64,000 bases of DNA from the NCBI GenBank assembly GCA_017960885.1, contig JAGCYI010000176.1:27047-91046 (forward strand). The letters run 5' to 3'. This DNA comes from Bacteroidales bacterium (GTDB lineage Bacteria; Bacteroidota; Bacteroidia; Bacteroidales; UBA3824). Position 1 is the first letter of the stretch; each line of letters begins with the position of its first letter. This document shows positions 45,442-51,623 of this stretch, one piece after another. The translations under genes were made by a program, and so were the position numbers. Below the pieces are notes generated by a model that ran no database searches, was not told the origin of the DNA, and was given only the letters and a program-made list of their open reading frames with translations.

Positions 45442-45771
45442 TTACTGCTGCTGTTGCATGTCGGAATTGTCTTTGATGATTGCTGACTTTTCGAAACATA
45501 CGTCAACGCCGTCGGAAATCGAAACGATGATTGTAGATTCGTTCATCGACTTAACAATGCCGTGTATTCCGCCTATGGTAACAATGCGGTCGCCTTTCTT
45601 TAGTTCGTCGCGAAACTGCTGGAGTTCTTTCTGGCGTTTCTGCTGTGGACGGATCATAAAGAAATAGAATACGGCCATCATTGCCACGATCATTATTATG
45701 AATGAGTAGTTCATGCCTTGCGGAGCTTCTCCTGCTCCGGCTGCAGCTGTAAGTATTGTCAATGTGTTCAT
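45442..45771 (-). CDS. yajC: preprotein translocase subunit YajC
   Basis: A 109-aa protein with a single TM segment, followed by RPQQKRQKELQQFRDELKKGDRIVTIGGIHGIV. Confidence 0.9.
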   Translation of the reverse strand: MNTLTILTAAAGAGEAPQGMNYSFIIMIVAMMAVFYFFMIRPQQKRQKELQQFRDELKKGDRIVTIGGIHGIVKSMNESTIIVSISDGVDVCFEKSAIIKDNSDMQQQQ

Positions 45772-45792
45772 TATGATGTATATTTTTAGGGT

Positions 45793-46221
45793 TTATAATT
45801 CGCTTTTAACTTCGCCTGTAATTACAAGCTCAAAGATGTCGTCTTCGCTGTTGGAAAATATTCTGATGGTTTTGTACTGTGTGCCAGATTTTCCGTTGCT
45901 GTCGAATCGTACTCTTATCGAACCCCTGTTGCCAGGTTTTACAGGTTCTTTGTCGTATTCAGGCACAGTGCATCCGCACGAGGTTTCTATTTTAGAAATT
46001 ATGATGTCGGCATTGCCGGTGTTGGTGAATTTAAATTCAGAACTAACCTGCTCACCTTCGAGGATGGTGCCGAAGTTGTACACTGTAGTGTCGAACAAGA
46101 AGCTTCCTTTTTTTGTAGAGTCAGCCGCAGCGGTGTCGGAGCTTTGTTGGCTGTTGGTTGGTGCGCTTTGGCAGGCAGCCACCATCAGTGCTATTACTGC
46201 TATATATATAAGGTGTTTCAT
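45793..46221 (-). CDS. DUF1573-domain lipoprotein
   Basis: Lipobox LMVAACQS, FDTTVYNFGTILEGEQVSSEFKFTNTGNADIIISKIETSCGCT and PGNRGSIRVRF. ATG 46221 is preferred over the long upstream extension. Confidence 0.85.
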   Translation of the reverse strand: MKHLIYIAVIALMVAACQSAPTNSQQSSDTAAADSTKKGSFLFDTTVYNFGTILEGEQVSSEFKFTNTGNADIIISKIETSCGCTVPEYDKEPVKPGNRGSIRVRFDSNGKSGTQYKTIRIFSNSEDDIFELVITGEVKSEL

Positions 46222-46234
46222 GGTATTATTTTTT

Positions 46235-47194
46235 TTAATTTTGTTCTTGTTGTCCTTTTGTTTCTCCAGCCGACTTGAGAATGCGTTTTTGCTGACGGAG
46301 CACTTGTGTGATTTTGTCGAGCACGCCGTTGATAAAGGTGCAACTGCGAGATGTGGAGTAGTTTTTAGCAAGTTCGATATACTCGTTGAATGTAACTTTA
46401 AGCGGAATTTCGGGGAATTGCTCAATTTCAGCCACTGCAGTTTGGAGAATTAATATATCAAAGAATGCGATACGTTCGATATCCCAGTTAGTGGTGCACT
46501 CGTTGATCAATTTTCGGTATTCGTCGCACGAAGCCACAGCCGAGTCGAGCAGCTTGCGTGCAAATTTGCTGTCTTCTTCGTTTTTGTACATAGGCATAAG
46601 GGCGTAGTCGCTGTCGTATCCTATGCGGTAACGTTCAATAGTGCGGATTACCATGCCGATGATAAATTCTGCGCTGTCGGTCCAGTATACGCTCATCTCT
46701 TCGAGTGTTTGGTAAAGGAGGTCGCACTCGCACACAATCTGCGAGAAAAAGAAATTGATTATCTTCTTGTCGCTTTCATAGGTCGAGGTGTCGGCTTCCA
46801 TATATGCGGCATATTCCTGGCTTTCGGTAAAATCTTTGTAAAGGCGTTTGATTAGTTCGGGGTGCTTGTTCCACGAAAGTTTTGAAGAGGCAATCTGTGT
46901 TTGCAGGTTTTTGTTTTCTCTCAACTGGGCGATGAGCTTGTTGTTTACAAACTTGAGGTTGGGGTTGAGGTCACTTTTGGTGGCGAGGTGTTTTTGCCTA
47001 TTGCTCTCAATGCGGTTTTGTGCGTAATCGCATACGTCTAACGCTAACTGCATCAAAAAGAAGTATAGACTATATGACCGGCTGATGCTGAAGTCCAACT
47101 CTTTTTCATATTTGGCGAGGTCGCCGTCGTCGTTTTGATAGTAGGAATAGATGGTTTGAAGCACCTTTATCCTAAGTATTCGCCTGCTTATCAT
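46235..47194 (-). CDS. nusB: transcription antitermination factor NusB (long Bacteroidetes form)
   Basis: The opening ISRRILRIKVLQTIYSY and the C-terminal NusB fold motifs (DIERIAFFDILILQTAVAEI, AKNYSTSRSCTFINGVLD). Confidence 0.85.
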   Translation of the reverse strand: MISRRILRIKVLQTIYSYYQNDDGDLAKYEKELDFSISRSYSLYFFLMQLALDVCDYAQNRIESNRQKHLATKSDLNPNLKFVNNKLIAQLRENKNLQTQIASSKLSWNKHPELIKRLYKDFTESQEYAAYMEADTSTYESDKKIINFFFSQIVCECDLLYQTLEEMSVYWTDSAEFIIGMVIRTIERYRIGYDSDYALMPMYKNEEDSKFARKLLDSAVASCDEYRKLINECTTNWDIERIAFFDILILQTAVAEIEQFPEIPLKVTFNEYIELAKNYSTSRSCTFINGVLDKITQVLRQQKRILKSAGETKGQQEQN

Positions 47195-47257
47195 TTTTTA
47201 AAAGAACTATATAATTTTTATCGTCTGTTTTCAGACTGCAAAGATATGAAAAGAAAT

Positions 47258-47308
47258 GTTAATGCAATATTAATAATGCATAATTCTTAATGCATAATGC
47301 ATGATGCA
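47258..47308. repeat. ATGCAT-core repeat patch (ATAATGC orientation)
   Basis: gttaatgcaatattaataatgcataattcttaatgcataatgcatgatgcaaaat lies between a terminator and the nusB upstream region. Confidence 0.8.
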
Positions 47309-47311
47309 AAA

Positions 47312-47344
47312 TAAAAAAGCGGAAGATTTTCTTCCGCTTTTTTG
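47312..47344 (-). terminator. rho-independent terminator of the T9SS beta-helix gene
   Basis: The aagcggaaga/tcttccgctt stem is flanked by A and T runs. It lies 20 nt beyond the stop codon. Confidence 0.8.
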
Positions 47345-47363
47345 TACTTGTTGTTGTCTGTTG

Positions 47364-49604
47364 TTAGTTTACCGACAATTTGAAGGTTTTTCCGTTTATC
47401 GTTACTACATATATGCCGGGTTTGGCAATCTGTATTTCTTCGTGTGTAGATTTTGTTGTTGCTGATTGTATCATACGGCCTTGAAGGTCGATGATGGTGT
47501 ATTTGGCGTCGGCTTCGGTTTCGATGTAAATGGTGTTGCTATAAGCCCATACTTTTGTTGCGTCAATGGTTTCGGCAAGTTCGTTTACAGGAGTGCCAGG
47601 GTTAGTTTGTTCTTGAATAAACTCTGCAGAAACTGTAACGTTGCCTTCGGGCATGGTGAACTTGCCGTCGGTTACGGTTACGTCGTTGCCGTTATTGTCT
47701 TTTACAATGAATTCTTTGAGTTTGTAACCTGCGGCGGGGTAAGTGGTGAGTGTAATAGTTTCGCCGTTGAATGCTTTCAAGGGTGATGCTTTTACAATGC
47801 CGTTCTGCGCGTCGGATACTGTGATGGTGTAGTATGCCGAGGGAGAGGGAACGAGTTTTTTGCCGTTTAATGTTTCCCAGTTGATAGTGCTGGCGCTGGT
47901 GTAGGTTTGTGTAGAGTTGCCTTCTACAATGAATGTCTTGCCTTCGTCAATAGCTATTTTGTCGGCGATATAACCGTTGGCAATAATATAGTCGGATGCT
48001 TTGGTATAGCCGAGTATTACTTTAGAACAAGTTGCATCTTGACCTTTGCCTATTCCGGCAGCTTTGCTTCCGCTTACATCTACCATAGTTTTGCCCATAG
48101 CGGTAATTTGACCACCTTTGATGGTGATGTCGCCGCACGAACTATAACGTCCTCCGCCAATACCTGCTGCACCATTTCCGCCGGTAGCTTTGATAGTGCC
48201 ACTTTCAATGACGATATTGCCGCAAGGTATTTTACTCCATCCTGCACCTATGCCGGCAGCTACTCCGTTGCTGCTTGCATCGAGCGCACCTGTGCCTTTG
48301 ATGGTTAAAGTTTTGTCTACAGGTACATAGATGCCCGGATATTCAGAATCGAAACCTTTGACAATGTTTTTAGCTACTAAATTGATAGTGGCATCGCCTA
48401 AGCAAGTAATGCCTGCCCATGCGTAGTTTTCATCGTTTTCTCCTTCAATTGTAACACCGTGGAGTGTGACTGTGGCACCGTCTTTAATGGTGATTTTGTA
48501 GTTGCCATTGAGTGTGCCTGTGAGAATATCGTTGTTTTTAGCTTCGTAATTGCCGGTTAAAGTAGATAAGTCTACCATATTGCCTTGATACCATTGAGCA
48601 TACAGTGTTAAGGTGCTACCCGGTGTGCTGATGTCGGTAACAAATTCGGCATTGGCGTATGAAGTGCCTGAGCCGTCTTTTTCGGTGTTCCAACCGATAA
48701 ATTTATAACCCGAACGGGTAAATGCATTTTGCGGCATATGTGTTGGGAATCCGGGCAATAGAGTAAGGCTTGCCATTTCGCCTGAGCCGCCATTGGCTTC
48801 AAATACTACATTGTATGATTTTAATGACGGAGTGAATGTTACAGATTCACCTTCGATACTTTCGGATGTAACAAAATCGCCAAGTGTGATAGTGCCGCAA
48901 GTGCTAGATTTGCTGCCAGCTACACCAATGCAATATGGAGCATATTCGCCTTTGGTGGCAGTTACAGAAGTAACGGTGTTAGTAATGATGATGTTGCCGC
49001 CTTTGTTGCCTTCTCCGCTGCCTATGCCCGGAGCATTATTGCCACCTGTGGCGGTTACAGTGCCTCCCTTGATGGTGATGTTGCCGCTTGTTTGGTTTTT
49101 GCCACCGCCTATACCTGGTGCATAATTTCCACCTGTGGCATTGATAATGCCGCCTTCGATAAGAATGTTGCCGCTGGCTTTGTTGAATAAACCGCCTATG
49201 CCGCAAGCATTTGACTTGCCGTAAGCATTAAGTTTGCCAGATCCTGTAATGGTTAATGTAGAGCCATCGGGCACAAAAATACCCGCACTTTCGTAAAATC
49301 CCTTTACAGTGTTTTCACCTTCTAAGATGATGGTGGCGTTACCTAAGCATGTGAGTCCAGAATAATTGAAGCTCTGGTTTAATTCTTCAGTTCCATTGAT
49401 AATAGCGTTATTGAGGGTGATGGAGGCACCGTCGGCGATTGTGATTCTGCAGTTGATGCCGAGTGTGCCGGTGAGTATTTGTCCGTTGGTAACGGGTAAT
49501 GTGTTTGCTGAAACCTTCGAAAGGTCTACTGTGTTGTTTTGTGCCTGCCCCGCTGTGGCGGCAAACACAAATGCTGATAGCATTAATAGGTGTAGCTTTT
49601 TCAT
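47364..49604 (-). CDS. T9SS-secreted beta-helix surface protein with an internal module duplication and a Listeria-Bacteroides repeat
   Basis: The signal peptide is MKKLHLLMLSAFVFAATAGQAQ. Two homologous roughly 200-aa modules carry reiterated ATGGN-x-APGIGGG motifs. FEANGGSGEM...GYKFIGWNTEKDGSGTSY...LYAQW is a Listeria-Bacteroides repeat. The C-terminus IYVVTINGKTFKLSVN is a T9SS sorting domain. ATG 49604 is preferred. Confidence 0.8.
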   Translation of the reverse strand: MKKLHLLMLSAFVFAATAGQAQNNTVDLSKVSANTLPVTNGQILTGTLGINCRITIADGASITLNNAIINGTEELNQSFNYSGLTCLGNATIILEGENTVKGFYESAGIFVPDGSTLTITGSGKLNAYGKSNACGIGGLFNKASGNILIEGGIINATGGNYAPGIGGGKNQTSGNITIKGGTVTATGGNNAPGIGSGEGNKGGNIIITNTVTSVTATKGEYAPYCIGVAGSKSSTCGTITLGDFVTSESIEGESVTFTPSLKSYNVVFEANGGSGEMASLTLLPGFPTHMPQNAFTRSGYKFIGWNTEKDGSGTSYANAEFVTDISTPGSTLTLYAQWYQGNMVDLSTLTGNYEAKNNDILTGTLNGNYKITIKDGATVTLHGVTIEGENDENYAWAGITCLGDATINLVAKNIVKGFDSEYPGIYVPVDKTLTIKGTGALDASSNGVAAGIGAGWSKIPCGNIVIESGTIKATGGNGAAGIGGGRYSSCGDITIKGGQITAMGKTMVDVSGSKAAGIGKGQDATCSKVILGYTKASDYIIANGYIADKIAIDEGKTFIVEGNSTQTYTSASTINWETLNGKKLVPSPSAYYTITVSDAQNGIVKASPLKAFNGETITLTTYPAAGYKLKEFIVKDNNGNDVTVTDGKFTMPEGNVTVSAEFIQEQTNPGTPVNELAETIDATKVWAYSNTIYIETEADAKYTIIDLQGRMIQSATTKSTHEEIQIAKPGIYVVTINGKTFKLSVN

Positions 49605-49634
49605 TTTTTTTAATAGTTCATAAAATTTAAGATG

Positions 49635-49642
49635 CAAAGGTA
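49635..49642 (-). promoter_or_regulatory. candidate -7 box (TAccTTTG on the minus strand) for the T9SS beta-helix gene
   Basis: The plus-strand caaaggta lies 31-38 nt upstream of ATG 49604. Only a partial -33 element (TTGTG) is present. Confidence 0.35.
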
Positions 49643-49669
49643 GAATTTTTTTTTGTACACACAAGTGGA

Positions 49670-49690
49670 TTGATAAATAGATTTTATCAA
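49670..49690. promoter_or_regulatory. operator-like inverted repeat TTGATAAA-N5-TTTATCAA
   Basis: A perfect 8-bp inverted repeat overlaps the expected -33 region of the T9SS gene promoter. Additional ATTGAT/ATCAAT half-sites are adjacent. Confidence 0.35.
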
Positions 49691-49734
49691 TAATCAATTA
49701 GTTTTGTCGTAGAATTACGGGTATACACATTTTG

Positions 49735-50145
49735 TTATATGGCTATATAGGCACTATATCATATGGCTATATAGGTACGGATGCCTGCTTGCAGATGCCT
49801 GTCTCACAGATAACCCCGCACATCAGCGCCGCCGGGGCGGCTCGATGTACACATATATCATATGGCTATATAGGTACTATATCATATGGCTATATAGGCA
49901 CTATACCATATGGCTATATAGGCACTATACCATATGGCTATATAGGTACGGATGCCTACTCACAGATGCCTGTCTCACAGATAACCCCGCACATCAGCGC
50001 CGCCGGGGCGGCTCGATGTACACATATATCATATGGCTATATAGGCACTATACCATATGGCTATATAGGCACGGATGCCTATCTCACAGATGCCTGTCTC
50101 ACAGATAACCCCGCACATCAGCGCCGCCGGGGCGGCTCGATGTAC
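49735..50145. repeat. nested tandem-repeat array: 8 x 24-bp unit interleaved with 3 x 72-73-bp unit
   Basis: The 24-bp unit (c/t)CATATGGCTATATAGG(c/t)ACTATA has its ATATGG at 49737, 49761, 49860, 49884, 49908, 49932, 50031 and 50055. The long unit GGATGCCT..CTCACAGATGCCTGTCTCACAGATAACCCCGCACATCAGCGCCGCCGGGGCGGCTCGATGTAC occurs at 49779-49850, 49950-50021 and 50073-50145. Confidence 0.95.
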
Positions 50146-50190
50146 GGGGTTACAGAGATACCGTCTTCCAGACGGTTATAAGGATACTCA

Positions 50191-50221
50191 TAAAAAAGAG
50201 CGGGTGCCGCAGCAGCCCGCC
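50191..50221 (-). terminator. candidate rho-independent terminator of the 239-aa gene
   Basis: The minus strand reads gcgggctgctgcggcacccgc (5-6 bp GC stem) followed by tCTTTTTT. It lies 28 nt after the stop codon. Confidence 0.5.
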
Positions 50222-50248
50222 CATTTCAAGGAAAGAATGGAATATTTT

Positions 50249-50968
50249 TTACTGTTCTTTTTTCTTGGCCCTTACCGTAGCCATAAACTTGATGGTGGCG
50301 GCTGTTTCGGCAAAGATGGTGTTGTATGATTTTACCAGCTCGGTTTCGCTGCCGCCAAGGCAGTCTTGAGCATATTTTATTGATGTGAGCAGTTTTTGAA
50401 TATTTTTTACCACCGTGTCGCGGGCTGTTACCACTGCCTTGCTTTTGTCTACTTTAACATCCACGCGCGAATTGATTGTGGAGCGGTATTCCTCCACGAT
50501 CGACTCCATGTCGGCAAGAATGGCGGCGGCGCCAATGGTTTCAAAATCTTCGGCGGGAAGTTGCTTCAAACTTGAAAGCACGTTTTCCAGCTTTGAAATA
50601 GCCTCGCTTTTGAGCGCAAACACTGTAGTGATTTTTACAAATTTGGGTTCAATTTTGGCAGCAGCCTTGCCCTGAGCCTCTATGCCGCTGTTTTTTGATG
50701 TGGTGATGCATCCGTATAGCGCGGTGTAGCGCTTTTTGAGGGTGTCTAAGTACTGCTGCGACAGCACTGTGGTCTGTGTGGTTTTTTCCTTGGTTTTGGC
50801 ATCGGTAAATTCGGCGGCCGATTTTTTAAGCTCGGCAATCATCTCTTTGGTCACCTTTTCTTTGGCCACTCCGCCAGCCTTTACAAGTTTTGCTACTAAC
50901 TCTGAGAGCATATCTGTTCTCATTCTGTGTATCGATACACCTGACATTGATATTTGTACGTTTGACAT
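50249..50968 (-). CDS. hypothetical all-helical protein (239 aa)
   Basis: The composition is Lys/Ala/Glu/Thr-rich and low in Pro and Gly. There is no signal peptide and no recognised motif. A consensus promoter lies upstream. Confidence 0.55.
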   Translation of the reverse strand: MSNVQISMSGVSIHRMRTDMLSELVAKLVKAGGVAKEKVTKEMIAELKKSAAEFTDAKTKEKTTQTTVLSQQYLDTLKKRYTALYGCITTSKNSGIEAQGKAAAKIEPKFVKITTVFALKSEAISKLENVLSSLKQLPAEDFETIGAAAILADMESIVEEYRSTINSRVDVKVDKSKAVVTARDTVVKNIQKLLTSIKYAQDCLGGSETELVKSYNTIFAETAATIKFMATVRAKKKEQ

Positions 50969-51008
50969 TTTATATAATATTAGGTTTATGAATAAATTTC
51001 CTATGCTG

Positions 51009-51040
51009 CAAAAGTAAAGTAAAAAATATCAATATGCAAA
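51009..51040 (-). promoter_or_regulatory. consensus Bacteroidetes promoter (TTTG-N20-TActTTTG on the minus strand)
   Basis: On the plus strand, caaaagta at 51009-51016 and caaa at 51037-51040 are separated by 20 nt. The element lies 41 nt upstream of ATG 50968. Confidence 0.5.
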
Positions 51041-51089
51041 CAAAATGTACAAAATTTTAAAAATAAATTAATTTTTTTTGAGTCAGGTG

Positions 51090-51100
51090 ATACAATGTAT
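51090..51100. promoter_or_regulatory. 11-bp palindrome ATACAATGTAT (copy 1)
   Basis: A perfect palindrome within gATACAATGTATag. An identical 14-mer recurs 171 bp downstream. Confidence 0.4.
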
Positions 51101-51260
51101 AGTCCCGATTGTAATTTTGCTCATTTTATCTTATACAATATACTGATTTATATAAATTTTGATTAATTGTATTATATGATTGGTATAGTCTAATATATTA
51201 ATATTTAGTTGCATACATTTGTGTTTGTAGATTGTGTTTAAAATATTATAAATACATTAG

Positions 51261-51271
51261 ATACAATGTAT
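51261..51271. promoter_or_regulatory. 11-bp palindrome ATACAATGTAT (copy 2)
   Basis: An identical 14-mer gATACAATGTATag, flanked by further TACATT/AATGTA and ATTGTAT half-sites. Confidence 0.4.
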
Positions 51272-51623
51272 AGATAATTATATTGTATGATAAATGCACC
51301 CTTTTGCGTGCGTAACCGACAGATACTTATTGATTTTGTATATAATGCAATCCTTTATAATGCTCCGCCTACTATATATGCATATAATTGCGCCACAAAA
51401 ATGATATAATTGTTTATATCTTGCTGTAAATGCAAAAGTTCCGCGATTTTTGCCCTCGGCATATTGTATGTTTTGCTCAACCATTAGTACACTGCGTTTT
51501 ACGCATTGTATTGATGGCGTCAATTAACCTAAAATTCAAACAGCAGGTGCAACAATTTGCACATAAATTGTGTTTAATTAAATAGAATAGATTGTGCAAA
51601 TTCATAACCTTGTGTTTAACAAA

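Noticed and set aside
45713-46453. 246-aa plus-strand ORF spanning yajC, the DUF1573 gene and the nusB 3' end
   Set aside because: It crosses three well-supported minus-strand genes and their intergenic gaps, and it has no motif.
49735-50145. CRISPR array interpretation of the tandem repeats
   Set aside because: The would-be spacers (72-73 bp) are themselves three near-identical copies. The 24-mers are directly adjacent without unique spacers, and no cas genes are in the window.
49732-50181. ORFs of 149 aa (49732-50181) and 87 aa (49845-50108) across the repeat array, translating to YGYIGTISYGYIGT... repeats
   Set aside because: The periodic peptide is a direct read-through of the 24-bp DNA repeat, since 24 is a multiple of 3. 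Several frames are open. There is no promoter or ribosome-binding context, and the flanking genes are on the other strand. It is treated as non-coding repeat DNA.
51278-51523. 81-aa minus-strand ORF in the AT-rich region upstream of the giant gene
   Set aside because: No promoter motif or recognisable sequence was found. The region is better explained as regulatory or leader DNA rich in ATTGTAT sites.
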